A stretch of 64,000 nucleotides of DNA from Octopus vulgaris (Eukaryota). The notes beneath the pieces were generated by a model. It had not been told where the DNA came from, did not search any database, and was given only the letters and a program-made list of their open reading frames with translations. Made by a program: the position numbers and the translations under genes. Of the stretch, positions 13,078 to 25,995 are shown one piece after another (within the stretch, counting starts at the first letter, position 1; each line of letters begins with the position of its first letter). Where the stretch lies: the NCBI GenBank assembly GCA_951406725.2, contig OX597830.1:63116001-63180000 (forward strand), in the 5' to 3' direction.

Positions 13078-13325
13078 CTAAGATAGTTTTAGAAAGCTGA
13101 TAAAGTTCAGAATAAGAAAAGCAATAACAATTATGAAATTATTGCCATATATTACATTTGTTCCATCCTTCGCACCATATTTCTCTTCAAGTTCGTCAAT
13201 ACTCATGGCGTTGCATAAATCTTTATCGCACGAGTAAGAACATTGTGTCACGCCATTAATATCATCACATCCACTCTTTCCATGTTCAGCGCAACCACGG
13301 AAGGTTGATGTTATTGTTTTAGTAA
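13078..13325 (-). CDS. Ly6/uPAR (three-finger, quiver/sleepless-like) protein, final coding exon with probable GPI-anchor signal
   Basis: Acceptor TTTTCTCTAG. Phase-1 translation (V)TKTITSTFRGCAEHGKSGCDDINGVTQCSYSCDKDLCNAMSIDELEEKYGAKDGTNVIYGNNFIIVIAFLILNFISFLKLS-TAG has RGC and CxxDLCN Ly6 hallmarks and a hydrophobic C-terminus. Confidence 0.9.
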
Positions 13326-13587
13326 CTAGAGAAAAGAAAAGAAAATATTTAGGTGTAGATATGGCTATGCAAAAGAATAAGGTATAACTGCATGGTTCAG
13401 TTTATTTTAGTGCCATGTAGTTATTAGATTTATTTGTCATTGTGTGGTATCTTGTGCAAGAATCTTGTACTATAGTCTGAGATTAAGAGAGAAAGCTCAT
13501 GTGTATAACTCTTGTTTGTGAGAAGTTTTGTGTTTGCCATATTTTTTGGCATACAAGTTGATTCTTTCTTAACATTGTGAAGGTATA

Positions 13588-13950
13588 TCTATCTACATAA
13601 ATGTGTAATAGTGTCTGTCTGTGTGTATGTGTTTGGGGCTACTCTAACTCCTCCCACACAATCCAACCGATTGTAATGATTTTTGGCACATAGGTAGATC
13701 ACATGTTCTGAACTTCAAATAAGGCTGGAATCTTTCAAAAATTCAATGCTCAGTTGGCATCGATTTCTGTGAGCTCAATTGGGTGTTTGAATGGAAATTC
13801 TCATAACAATGTTATTTTTCTACATGTAAAATTTCAACAAAATTGATGGGTAACAATAGGCACGGGGAACGTAGATGATTTCAATACAAGGTCAGAAGTG
13901 AGCTTAACTTCAACCTGGAAAACGCAAGCAATGCTGGGTTCAACAGCTAG
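13588..13950 (+). mobile_element. Older non-autonomous Helitron-like element
   Basis: Begins TCTATCTACATAAA and ends GCAATGCTGGGTTCAACAGCTAG|T, a decayed version of the Helitron 3' end seen at 29012. Confidence 0.5.
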
Positions 13951-14296
13951 TATTAGGATATTTTTACAGGAAGAAAGAAAAATACATTGAAAGGGTAAAA
14001 GATGTAATCGTCCCACTAACTACGTTGCCAAGGAAACAAAGAAAAGGATGGGTGGGGATTAAGCAGCAGAAAATAGGGTGGAGGGACTAAGGGGGTTGTA
14101 CACCTCAGAACAAATAGCATGTTCAGTTGTGCCTCTTGTGAGATTAAAATACAAACAACCTGGAGCAATTTGTGCACCAAAATAACTGGAGGATCTGAAG
14201 TCCCATGTGAAATAGTGCAGGGTTTGGAAAGATAGTGATTTTTAAACATGTTTGCATTACATTTTTACACTATATAGATATACTGATAACTCTTTT

Positions 14297-16025
14297 GTTG
14301 GTGAGAGCACTTGTGTATACATGCTGTTGCTGGTGAGAGCTCTTGTGTATACACGCTGTTGCTGGTGAGAGCTCTTGTGTATACACGCTGTTGCTGGTGA
14401 GAGCTCTTGTGTATACACGCTGTTGCTGGTGGGAGCTCTTGTGTATACACGCTGTTGCTGGTGAGAGCTCTTGTGTATACATGCTGTTGCTGGTGAGAGC
14501 TCTTGTGTATACACGCTGTTGCTGGTGGGAGCTCTTGTGTATACACGCTGTTGCTGGTGAGAAGTCTTGTGTATACATGCTGTTGCTGGTGGGAGCTCTT
14601 GTGTGAATACACACTGTTGCTGGTGAGAGCTCTTGTGTATACACGCTGTTGCTGGTGAGAGCTCTTGTGTATACACGCTGTTGCTGGTGGGAGCTCTTGT
14701 GTATACACGCTGTTGCTGGTGAGAGCTCTTGTGTATACATGCTGTTGCTGGTGGGAGCTCTTGTGTGAATACACACTGTTGCTGGTGAGAGCTCTTGTGT
14801 ATACACACTGTTGCTGGTGAGAGCTCTTGTGTATACACGCTGTTGCTGGTGAGAGCTCTTGTGTATACACGCTGTTGCTGGTGAGAGCTCTTGTGTATAC
14901 ACACTGTTGCTGGTGAAAGCTCTTGTGTATACACGCTGTTGCTGGTGAGAGCTCTTGTGTATACACGCTGTTGCTGGTGAGAGCTCTTGTGTATACATGC
15001 TGTTGCTGGTGAGAGCTCTTGCGTATACATGCTGTTGCTGGTGGGAGCTCTTGCGTATACATGCTGTTGCTGGTGAGAGCTCTTGTGTGAATACACACTG
15101 TTGCTGGTGAGAGCTCTTGTGTATACACACTGTTGCTGGTGAGAGCTCTTGTGTATACACGCTGTTGCTGGTGAGAGCTCTTGCGTATACATGCTGTTGC
15201 TGGTGAGAGCTCTTGTGTATACACGCTGTTGCTGGTGGGAGCTCTTGTGTATACACGCTGTTGCTGGTGAGAAGTCTTGTGTATACATGCTGTTGCTGGT
15301 GGGAGCTCTTGTGTGAATACACACTGTTGCTGGTGAGAGCTCTTGTGTATACACGCTGTTGCTGGTGAGAGCTCTTGTGTATACACGCTGTTGCTGGTGG
15401 GAGCTCTTGTGTATACACGCTGTTGCTGGTGAGAGCTCTTGTGTATACATGCTGTTGCTGGTGGGAGCTCTTGTGTGAATACACACTGTTGCTGGTGAGA
15501 GCTCTTGTGTATACACACTGTTGCTGGTGAGAGCTCTTGTGTATACACGCTGTTGCTGGTGAGAGCTCTTGTGTATACACGCTGTTGCTGGTGAGAGCTC
15601 TTGTGTATACACACTGTTGCTGGTGAAAGCTCTTGTGTATACACGCTGTTGCTGGTGAGAGCTCTTGTGTATACACGCTGTTGCTGGTGAGAGCTCTTGT
15701 GTATACATGCTGTTGCTGGTGAGAGCTCTTGCGTATACATGCTGTTGCTGGTGAGAGCTCTTGTGTGAATACACACTGTTGCTGGTGAGAGCTCTTGTGT
15801 ATACACACTGTTGCTGGTGAGAGCTCTTGTGTATACACGCTGTTGCTGGTGAGAGCTCTTGTGTATACACGCTGTTGCTGGTGGGAGCTCTTGTGTATAC
15901 ACGCTGTTGCTGGTGAGAGCTCTTGCGTATACATGCTGTTGCTGGTGAGAGCTCTTGTGTATACATGCTGTTGCTGGTGAGAGCTCTTGTGTATACACGT
16001 TGTTGCTGGTGGGAGCTCTTGTGTA
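14297..16025. repeat. 32-bp minisatellite (about 54 units) with a 710-bp higher-order repeat, in an intron of the Ly6 gene
   Basis: Unit GTGAGAGCTCTTGTGTATACACGCTGTTGCTG with occasional 34-bp variants; diagnostic variants recur exactly 710 bp apart (GAAGTC at 14561/15271, TGGTGAAAGC at 14911/15621). Confidence 0.97.
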
Positions 16026-17111
16026 TGCTCACTGATGTGTATACAAGTTAACATCATCAAAGTTGGGACAGACCCTGGCATACATTTGTCTACCAAACAA
16101 TGGTATCTTGAGAATAAAGACATATGGGGAGGTGGGAGGGATTGGGCTCTGACAGAAGCTCTAGATCAAACACTTCTGTTCAAACATTCTTTACTTCACT
16201 CCCACACACCCACCCATCCGCTTGCCAACGCTGCCCATCTCCACCCTCCTTTTACCATCACTCCTCCTCAAAGCATCTCTCTCACACCAAAATACCTCCC
16301 CTTTCCAGTGTCCCTCCACCTCTCTATCACTCTTCCCAATACTACTCACTCCCTGAAACACTTCCCTCTCTTCCACTGTCGTCTCTCCCCAACCCCCTTC
16401 CTCTCCCTTCATTGCACCCTAATCCCAGTATTCCCCTCCCTCCCTCCCTTCCACCTTAGTCATAGATTCCATAAGAAAAGGAATTGCTACCAAAGACAGA
16501 CATCCTTCCTATGACACCAGGCACCAACATATTCCAGCAATTTCCTAAGTCAACACCTGGTGATAACTGACAGACAGACAGACAACTAAGTTTGGAGATC
16601 GTCCTGGATAAGCTAATCCTCAACATCAAAGTATTTGATCTCCTCAAGAATCTTCCTAATGTGGTTGTTGTTATTAAACAACGATCTAAGTTGGTGATGT
16701 TTAGCCAAACTGTGTCCATAGAAAGAAATGGGATTTCAATCAATAAGGAGGTCACCATTGTGAGTGAAACCTTCCTGTGCAAACACTGTCTCTGTTGGTG
16801 GAGACAGACTATTGCACACGTATGCATGCACACACACACACAGAGGACACATACAAACACACATGCAAACATATACACAGACAAACACAAACACACAGAC
16901 ATACACACATACACTAACAGACACACACATACAAACACACTCAGTCATCTTATCCTGCTCCTGTTCTGTACCTTGTATTCTCCCACTTTCCTCCCCCTCA
17001 CACTGACCCTCTCTATTTCATTCTGTCTCTTTTTTTCTCTCCCTCTACAGCTTTCTCTCCTTCCCATAGTATATCTATTCTTTTCTCCCTTCTTGGTTTC
17101 CATACCATTAA

Positions 17112-17330
17112 CCCTTTAGTGTTCTGATTATTCTATCAAACATAATGCTTATTGATTCCCATTGATTTGAATTAATCATGCATTATCTCATATCTTCAAG
17201 ATCTTGATGGTGCAATTACTTAATGTAGAATAGCATTGTAGGGTAGGTGTGAGAGCCTGGATCTGGTCAGTTTGAACATAAAACAGATTAGCTATTTTGG
17301 CCGGATATGGCCAGTTTAAATACTAAAGGG
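17112..17330. mobile_element. piggyBac-type MITE
   Basis: TTAA|CCCTTTAGT ... ACTAAAGGG|TTAA termini; related copies near 12.7-12.9 kb, 43726-43875, 47.7-47.9 kb and 50.8-51.6 kb. Confidence 0.7.
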
Positions 17331-18182
17331 TTAAAGGATGGAAATCTGGTATGAAAGATCATTAGTGTTGAGGAAAAAAGCCTTGCAGCATTTGCCATGG
17401 CTTTTGATGTTCTGAGTTCAAAACCAACCAATGCCAACTTTGCTCCAAAGGTTGATAAAATACATTTACTAGTCAAATATTGTAGTCAACTTAATTGACT
17501 AACCCCCTTCATCATCATCATCATCATTTAGCATCCGTTTTTCATGCTGGCATGAGTCAGGCAGTTAAGTTGGAACTGGTAAGCTGGGGAGCTGTACTAC
17601 CGGGTTCCAGTCTGACTTGGCATGGTTTCTATAACTGGATGCCCTTCCTAATGCCAAGCACTCCAAAAGTGTAATGGGTGCTCTTTATACATGGCCACCA
17701 TGGCATGTTTTGTGTCTGGGTGTGCATTGGTCATTCGGTCGTGTCTGTTTATGTTCTTTGACTGCTAATGTGTTTGGTCATTCATGTTGGATATGTGGTT
17801 TTATGTTGGCTGCTCAATTGGCGGAAGTTAACTGCTGGCTGTCTGCTTGTCTCTTGACCATTTGCCTGGTGATGGCTATCTGCAGTCCCTTGACAGATTG
17901 CCGGTGGATGGTTATCTGCCCCCTGTTGTATGTCTGACTCTATTTATAATGGTCATTACAGTTAGAAGGACAGACATACCACAGGAGTAATTTCTAGCTA
18001 TGTAGGTTGCCTCCTGGCCACTTGAACCTTAAATGACACAGCTCAGATCATAGGAAAATCCATCCATCACTTTTTGACAGGACAAAGAAATTTCTTTCAC
18101 ACCTGTTTGGCCAGTGGCAGATCAGACAAACGAGATTCCTTAGATTCGGTTTTCAAATCTCAGCTCAGAAAAAGGAAGAGTG

Positions 18183-18218
<36 letters not shown>

Positions 18219-18294
18219 TTATTTGAGGGAATAAAATCCAAACTTACAAGGAAAAAATAATTAAATTTAGAAATACTAAATCAAATTTCACACA

Positions 18295-18562
18295 ATACAA
18301 TATATATATATAAAAAATTAGAAAAACCACCTTTTATCAATTCAAAATGAACAATTAAATTACACCATCTAGAAAATTACATATAATAGAAAAATTAAAG
18401 TTAAAATATTATATACGTTTTTATTATTATTTTTTGCAATTTACTTAATCTTTGACATTTTATTGTTATTTTAATTTTAATTTTTCTATTATATGTAATT
18501 TTCTAGATGGTGTAATTTAATTGTTCATTTTGAATTGATAAAAGGTGTTTTTTCTCTAATTT

Positions 18563-18575
<13 letters not shown>
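18295..18575. repeat. AT-rich long palindrome
   Basis: CACCTTTTATCAATTCAAAATGAACAATTAAATTACACCATCTAGAAAATTACATATAATAGAAAAATT is mirrored by its reverse complement at about 18480-18548. Confidence 0.85.
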
Positions 18576-18617
<42 letters not shown>

Positions 18618-18882
18618 AAATTAGAGAAGAACCAACATTTTATCAATTCAATTGGTATATATATACTTACCAATTATATATTTTTATTCATTATCTTATA
18701 ATTTACTTAATTATTGGTATATGTTTTTATTGTATATCTAATTTTTTTCTATATGGTATAATTTAATTATACCATTGATATGTTGAGCTGCAGCCTCTTG
18801 GAGTAAAGTTGAAAAAGTGTGATACACTGACATTCGCATTTATTATATTAGATGAAATGAATGAGAATCCCTTTTAACTTAC

Positions 18883-19023
18883 CTGTGTTTCTCAAAGTTC
18901 TTATGAGACAAGAAAATTGACATCGGTACATTTTAGATGTTTCATTGAAGTGATCGCTACACTCTATACCTTGTTTGGTTGAGGTGATCGTGTACTGGCA
19001 GTTATAACACATTTCACGGCATT
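18883..19023 (-). CDS. Ly6/uPAR protein, middle coding exon
   Basis: TTTACAG acceptor and G|GTAAGT donor; 141-nt phase 1-1 exon: (E)CREMCYNCQYTITSTKQGIECSDHFNETSKMYRCQFSCLIRTLRNT(V), with the CYxC start of the LU domain. Confidence 0.9.
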
Positions 19024-19494
19024 CTGTAAAGTAGGTAAACATAGACAAATTAATATGCACACACACGAGTACTAGCAGAAGATTTGAGGAACCGCTTCAA
19101 CTATTACTATTGCTAAGGAATTAACAAAAAGATTGTCCACAGTTAAAATCTGATTGTAATCCATCCATCCATCTACTCTGCTTGCTTTACCTGGGAGGGT
19201 CTGGGGATAAAGTCCTCAGGGACCTTCATCATGGGGTCCTACCATAAGCAACTGTCATTACAGTTTGTTTGAATTCCCAGCATGACCAACCAAGACTAAT
19301 GGATATTATCTGACCAATTTCTCATTTGTATGATCTGGAAGCACCAGCTCAGACTGCTTGGCCATGTTGCTCGGTTTTCCGAGTTAGATCCTCCTTACCA
19401 TGATGTTCCCTTCACTGAGGATCCAGCTGGGCTGATGGCTTGTTCTGGTTGACCTCATGCCCCAGGGTCATGGCAGAGGAGGAGCAGGTATGAG

Positions 19495-19713
19495 TGGAAG
19501 ATGAAAAGTTCTTGACTTTAGGGGTTTTGTGAAAGGCCCTAGTTGGGGGTCCAACCTTCCAAGTTCTTTTACTGGGCTGAGAAAAACTGAAGGACCGCTG
19601 CAGTAAGTGTGTGAATCTGAGAGGGTGGGATACGTGAAATAAAATCGTAATTAACTGATCCTCCTGTATTTTCTTTTACCCAAAGCCAGAAACTTTTCAG
19701 CACCCCTTTGTAT
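19495..19713. mobile_element. mariner-like MITE (decayed)
   Basis: Inverted ends GATGAAAAGTTCTTGACTTTAGGG / CCCAAAGCCAGAAACTTTTCAGCACCCC. Confidence 0.5.
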
Positions 19714-20259
19714 CTTGTGGAGATGGGGGACTAACTAGGACTCTGTTTGTTGGGTCACCTAGGTGGACCTGGTAATGTACCTACCAATGGTAAAAACAAC
19801 AAAGTGCTGCAGTGGTGTATACCCCACTACACATCTGACCTGACTGTCTTGGTTTTGATCTACCTCTAGGTCTCCTTCAGATTGGTTTGGCTTGAGCAAT
19901 CTCTTTGGTGGTTCTTTCCTGTGGCATACAAATTACAATGACCCCTTCAACTGAGTTATGACAAGTGTACCACTTGATTCAATCAAGGGATCAGTCTGCT
20001 CATGAAATTAATGTGCAAGTGGCTGAGTACTCCACAGACATGCATGCCCTTAACATAGTTCTCAGGGAGATTCAATGTCACACAGAATGTGACAAAGGCT
20101 GGTCCTTTCGAATTACTGGTAAAGCTCCTTTTTACCAGTTGAGTGAATTGGAGTGATGTGGAATGAAGTGACTTGCACAATGTGATGCCAGGAATTGAAC
20201 CCTCTACCTTATGAATGGGCAGTTTGGGCAGTTTGAACAGGGTTGTTAAACTGAATGGC

Positions 20260-20720
20260 TGCACCAGGAATATAGCATCAGTCGTGCTCCTGCCTGGCAT
20301 TTCATCTACATTAACTCACTCTATAATTAATTGAGCTATGACCCTTTCTGTGACTTTCATCACCTGGTCCAGCAGTTTGATGTCTCTGTAATTATTCCTG
20401 TCTAAGGTGTCACCTTTGCAGTTGATTGTAATATTGCTACACCAATCATTGGGCATGACTCTCTCACGGACAACCTCATTAACTAAGCCATATCCTATTC
20501 CACCAGATATTTGAAGCATCTCAGTGGAGATTCCTGATGGACCGGGGCTTTCCCTGTCTTCATGTCCTTAATTGTATTATCTGCTAAGCTACTGTCAATT
20601 CGGATAGCTGGTCCCTCAGTTGGGTCAACATTTGGCAGACCTTCCTTCTCCTATTCATTCTCCATGTTTGGAAGCCTTTCATAATGGCATTTCCAACCAA
20701 GCCTCTTTCTTTGCAGAATC
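20260..20720 (-). mobile_element. RTE-like LINE RT fragment
   Basis: MPNDWCSNITINCKGDTLDRNNYRDIKLLDQVMKVTERVI and MPGRSTTDAIFLV are typical N-terminal RT motifs. Confidence 0.8.
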
Positions 20721-21171
20721 ATAAAATTCTACAATTTTATTGCCAATACCTCAATAATAATAATAATAATAATAATAATAATTTATTTCTTTATTGCCCA
20801 TAAGGGGCTAAAATAAAGACAGGCAAAGGGATTAAGTCGATTACATTGACCCCAATGTGTAAGTGGTACTTATTTAATCGACCCCAATAGGATAAAAGGC
20901 AAAGTCAACCTCAATGGAATTTGAACTCAGAACATAAAGACAGTCGAAATACTGCTAATGATAATAATAATAAAAATAAGAGGGGCCCACCTCCAAGGTC
21001 ATGCACTGCTTATCTTGATATGAGATCACAATGTTATGCACATATAGTTGTGATGCATGTGCCTGGTGTACCCTTATCAGATGTGTAGTCATGATAGGTG
21101 TACTGGGCTTTGTATATTTTACTCCAGAGTCACTTTGATGGCATGCACTGCTCTCTCACTCAATAATAATA

Positions 21172-22335
21172 ATATTCCAAAAATCTCATTGAAGTAATAA
21201 ATTCAAGAGCCGTACTCTTAATCAGATATAGAGTTGGAATTATAGAAGACCAGAAACGAAATAAAGAAACTTGACAGGAAAACTAGCAAGTTGTTGATGA
21301 TGTATTGAGCCTACCATCCGAAATCTGATATCAACAGGCTATACTTGAGGAGAGGCCAGGGTGGAAGAGGCTTAATAACAGTAGAAGAATATGTACAGGT
21401 GTTAAGAAAGAACAGGTGATGAAGAGCGTAATAGGAGAAAAGGAGAAGAACGAATACAAAGAGAGCAAGTCCGAAAGATTGAAGAGAGACTTCTGGATGG
21501 CCAATTTTGGAGAGTCACTGAAGACATGTGGAACAAAATCCTGGGCTTCATTAAAAAAAGGGACAATTATAAAAAGAAACAGAGAGCCTAATTGTAGCAA
21601 CCCAAGATCAAGCGATAAAAACAAACAACTTGCGAAAAAATATATATGGAGAGAATATGTCAGAAAAATGTAGAGCCTGTGGAACTTGGAATGAGACAGT
21701 GGCACACACATTGTGGCAGAATGCTCCAAGTTGCTACGGGAAGAATATAAGAAATAGAAGCATGACCAGGTTGCAAAAGTTTTACACAGGAAACTGTGCC
21801 AGAAATGGTGATTTGAAGCTGGAAACACATGGTAGAATCACCAATTTGAAGGAGCACTAGAATCGGAGATATGTAAGATTTTGTGGGACTTTGCTATTCA
21901 GACGCACAAGAAATTAGAAAATAATAGACCAGATATAACAAGTGTAGATAAGGAAAAGCAAAGTTGCTTACTTATCGACCCATCAGGCCCGTTTGATTCC
22001 AGGATCATAAAGAAAGTGGAAGGAAAAAAAAATAGTCTCTTAAAATTTGGAATTGGAAGAATTTGGAAGATATGAAGAGTAAAGGTTGTGCCTATAATAA
22101 TTGGTGCACTGGGAACAGTAAACCAAGATATAAATAAATGGCTGAAGGAAATTGAAATAGAATGTTTGGAAGAGCTCCTAGAGAAAGTCTGTCTGTTGGG
22201 ACAGCAAGGATTATCAAGAGGATCCTACGTACTTGAAAGACTGCTGAAAACTTGTGGATACCCAAGGTTATAGGTAGTAACTTGCTATCCACATAATCCC
22301 AACCAGGAATAAGACTGAACCTGAGACAAACGATA
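21172..22335 (+). mobile_element. R4/Dong-like non-LTR retrotransposon, 3' part (CCHC knuckle plus restriction-like endonuclease), frameshifted
   Basis: CRACGTWNETVAH, WDFAIQTHKKLENNRPDITSVDKEKQSCLLIDPS and VPIIIGALGTV motifs; flanked by TAA-rich repeats. Confidence 0.85.
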
Positions 22336-22966
22336 ATTATAATTGCTTTGATGCCAAACCAAGCAGTGGCTCTCATGGCTTCTGATCTTCTCTGATTGAG
22401 AGTATTAACAAATGCATGTTTTGTCTTGGTGTAAAAGATGGGCTACAACAAATATTCTACTCAATACCACAAATTTGCTTGTAAGTTGCTTGACCATAAC
22501 TGGTTGGACATGTCCGTTGATGTCTGACGATATGTGCATCTCTGATCATGAGCAGAAGTAGTGGGGAGCATCATAGCCATATGTTGAGAGAAATTCTTTG
22601 GAGTCTGAATAATTCATATCTGGAAACATTGGTGTTTTATTCATCATCATTAAACAACTCTTATTCAGGGATTTTCTAACACCTGCAAAATTATGCACTT
22701 TTTATCTAGATATGAGGGTCAGCATGTCACACACATATGGCTGTGATTGGATGGATAGTCATGATGGGTGTATTGGGCTTTGTTATATTTGTACCTTAGT
22801 GTCAATTTTCTGGCATAAGCTGTTCTCTCACTTAATAATAATGCATTGGTTTGGAGGGAATATCTTGCAAGCTTCCTGTGTTGGTGAATATATGCTGTAA
22901 TTAGGTTTAAAAACATACTAGTGGTCAGGTAATCTGCATCTAAACTAGTAAACCCACTGGGCATGT

Positions 22967-23320
22967 TTGGTGAGCAGGGTGGTAGTTAGACACCCTGAAT
23001 TCCTTGGTGAGGAGGCAGGTAATTGGACACTCTGGACACTTTGGTGAGCAGGGTGGTAATTGGATGTCCCGAACACCTTGGTGAGCAGGGTGGTAGTTGG
23101 ATACCCTGAACACCTTGGTGAGGAGGGTGGTAATTGGACATCCTGAACACCTTGGTGAGGAGGGTGGTAATTGGACACCCTGGACACTTTGTTGAGGAGG
23201 GTGGTAGATGGACACCCAAGACACTTTGGTGAGCAAGATGGTAGTTGGATACCTTGTTGTGGAGGGTGGTAGTTGGACACCCTGGACACCTTGGTGAGGC
23301 AGGTGGTAGTTGGATACCTT
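22967..23320. repeat. 37-bp minisatellite, about 9-10 degenerate units
   Basis: TTGGTGAGCAGGGTGGTAATTGGATGTCCCGAACACC period (23041 to 23078). Confidence 0.9.
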
Positions 23321-23854
23321 GCAGGAAGAAAGAGAAGACCCATCAAAGGATGGATGAATTCATGGGAGTCAATGGCCACCCAACTGAGTGTATATGAGGG
23401 TAGGTGTGGACTCTGAACCTTGGTCAGAAACCCAATTAGTGATGGTGTCATGATAAGAATACTGGTGATTGTACAACCTTATAAATGCTACCTCCCAATG
23501 AGTGATGTCAAATTCAAGTTACAATTACAACTGCACGAATGGGACTGGAACTGTGAAGAGGGAAGGTGTTGCACACATGGTAGGCAAGGATCAAGCTCCA
23601 GCAGGTTGTCATCAAGCCATTGATGAGGACCAGAATCAAAGTCAAAAGTGCAGAAAGAGCAAAATGTAACAGGGGAAAGAGATAAACAAGACTTAAGATT
23701 AAATGATGGCTTCGAAGTAACCCAAGTAAAAAAAAGGGTTTCATGTAATGAATGAAAGGAAATATGGGATAAAAAGGGAGTCTTTGAAGCTTCTGCCCAG
23801 CAATTGATGGAGCAAACAAGGGCAATTCATATAAGTGCTTTGATTGCAGGGTTG

Positions 23855-24136
23855 GAGGTATGGGAAATTACCACCTGTGTCATCTCTTGTGAAAGGTAGG
23901 AGAGTCCAGTTTGCTGGACATTGTTGTAGAGCTGAAAAAGAAGTAATTTCTACTCTTCTCCTCTGGAAGCTATCTACTCGCAATACCAGAGGGCGCACAC
24001 TCTCCTACCCTGATGTAATCTCCAGGGATACAGGCATCCAGCAACAGGACCTCCGTAATGCTATGATGGACCGTGAAGTCTGGCGTAACATAGTAAATTC
24101 CATTGTCTCGACCACGGTCGAACAATGATGATGATG
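23855..24136 (+). mobile_element. 5'-truncated RTE-like LINE 3' end
   Basis: Intact GRRVQFAGHCCRAEKEVISTLLLWK...DLRNAMMDREVWRNIV then a stop and a (TGA)n tail. Confidence 0.85.
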
Positions 24137-24419
24137 GAGAAATTTGGAGAAGAATTAAAATGAACAAGGAGAGTGTGAAACAACAGCGGCAGAAAACGGT
24201 AACGAAGGGGGTAAGAGATAAAGACAATGAAAAACAAGGAAATCATTATATGCCTGAGAAGGTTGATGAAGTAGATGGAGAAGATGATCTGGTTGGACAA
24301 GAGAGAGTAAATGTTGCACATGACTTGAATGGTAAAGAGGAGTTTTATAGAAATATTGCAAGGTGTGATGATGGGAGCAATGAAGTACCATCAAATGTTA
24401 AATATGTAATGGTAGAAAT

Positions 24420-24568
24420 TAATTGGAATAAACTGCCTGAGTCAGTTGTTGACTGCCATGACACTGCATCCTTTAAGGCCCTCATGCTTCCCGAAATCCG
24501 TCAAAACTACACCTGATTATATATGCACTTTAGATGAGTTGTAGTGCACCTGAGCACTGTACACAATG

Positions 24569-24604
<36 letters not shown>

Positions 24605-24605
24605 T
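24420..24605 (+). mobile_element. CR1-like LINE 3' end
   Basis: WNKLPESVVDCHDTASFK motif then (TAT)n tail; second copy at about 44270-44530. Confidence 0.7.
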
Positions 24606-25139
24606 TAATTGGTCAACAATGTTATGATGATGTTGGTGGAGGCAGTTGGTGTGACGATAATAATTTGTTGTTATGTTTGCATGTTGTAAGATGCGAGAGA
24701 ACAAAGTGCATGAAGTTTTAAGGAAATATTTATTTACCATTACGTTACAATACCTCACCTCGACGGGCAGGTTATGTTAAATCCAAAAGCATGTGAAAGT
24801 TAGATGCGGTAGAATGTTTGAGCTTGGGTTCTCTTCATTGTTTAGTAGTAAATACAGAGAGAGATAGAATGATGTTGTAAGAGAACAGAATTAGAGCTAG
24901 TGAGAGCTGAAGGGTTGTGGGACATTGCTGACAATAAACTTCATCTCTCCCTCTGACCAATGTTTTAGCTGGTCAGCCAGACTTCGTTGAGTCCTCACAA
25001 CTGTGACAAACTTGGTTGAGTCGTCACCTGGCTGGTGACTAACTGATTATTGCTTGGGATGTGCTGGCTTACATAGCTATCTAGAAGGACAGATATATCG
25101 TTGAGAGCAATAGATTTAGTTGGTGTTCTTGTTGTCTCT

Positions 25140-25995
25140 ATTCTAGCTTTTGGTGAAGTAGAAGAGGTTAGAAAGGGTCAAGTGGTGAAGACATTATTTC
25201 AGCCTAGCTAAAGGCATCTGGAAGATGTAAAACTGCTGTCAGAGAAAAATCACTGTTCCATCGTGGGAAAAGTTCTGTAGCAGTGTTAATTTAAATTTGG
25301 CTGTGGTGGATCGAATCCACTTCATGCTGGAAGATTCGCTATAAATATATGGACAGGGGAAAGGTAAAGAGAGCCATAGGAAATATAAACGACATTTTGA
25401 GTTTGGTTAAAATAGTGAATATTAGTGAGAGAAACAAGCTCATTGTTGCTGTTGCTAATGTTGTAGCTGACAGAATAGAATACAAGTGAAAGACTGTTGA
25501 AGAAAAGAAGGGGAATGAAGAGAACGAACCAAACTGGAAGAAGAGAATATGAATGAAGTTGGAAAAGACACAGAAAGAACTGCGACAACTGAATGGGATA
25601 ATGAGAGGAGAGCTGAAGAATGAGAGGAGAGCTGAAGAATGAGAGGAGAGCTGAAGAATGAGAGGAGAGCTGAAGAATGAGGTTGTAATCAGAAAATTGA
25701 ATAGACAGGTTAGAAGAAAAGGGAAGACAAACAGTACATGAAGAATTGCCAGAAAGGGTGTCAGCATTAAAGGCCAAACTGAAAAGACATGATGCTAGAT
25801 GCAAAGGTTTTGAACAGAATAGATTGTTTCTGTTAAATAGAAGATGTTTTTGAGGATATAGAAGGAGAGCAAACATCAGGAACTGATTCCTGATACAGAA
25901 GAAAGTAAAGTTGTTTTGGGGAGAACTTTTTGGAACAGGTCAGTTCAGACAATAAAGTGCAAATTGGCTAAAACTGGTGAAGAGACAACTTGCAA
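25140..25995 (+). mobile_element. R4/Dong-like element, N-terminal/central fragment
   Basis: Decayed frame ...KAKLKRHDARCKGFEQNRLF...PDTEESK..FWG resembles the pre-RT region of R4-clade ORFs; contains a 19-bp x4 tandem repeat at about 25600-25682. Confidence 0.55.

Noticed and set aside
14257-16123. Three 577-617 aa ORFs as protein-coding genes, or the array as a CRISPR
   Set aside because: The ORFs arise from a stop-free 32-bp tandem unit inside an intron; units are contiguous with no unique spacers and there are no cas genes
22940-23451. Pro/Ser/Cys-rich repeat ORFs
   Set aside because: Products of the 37-bp minisatellite
24137-24420. 137-aa acidic + strand ORF (24103-24516)
   Set aside because: Chimeric frame bridging two LINE 3' ends, with no family motif or splice evidence
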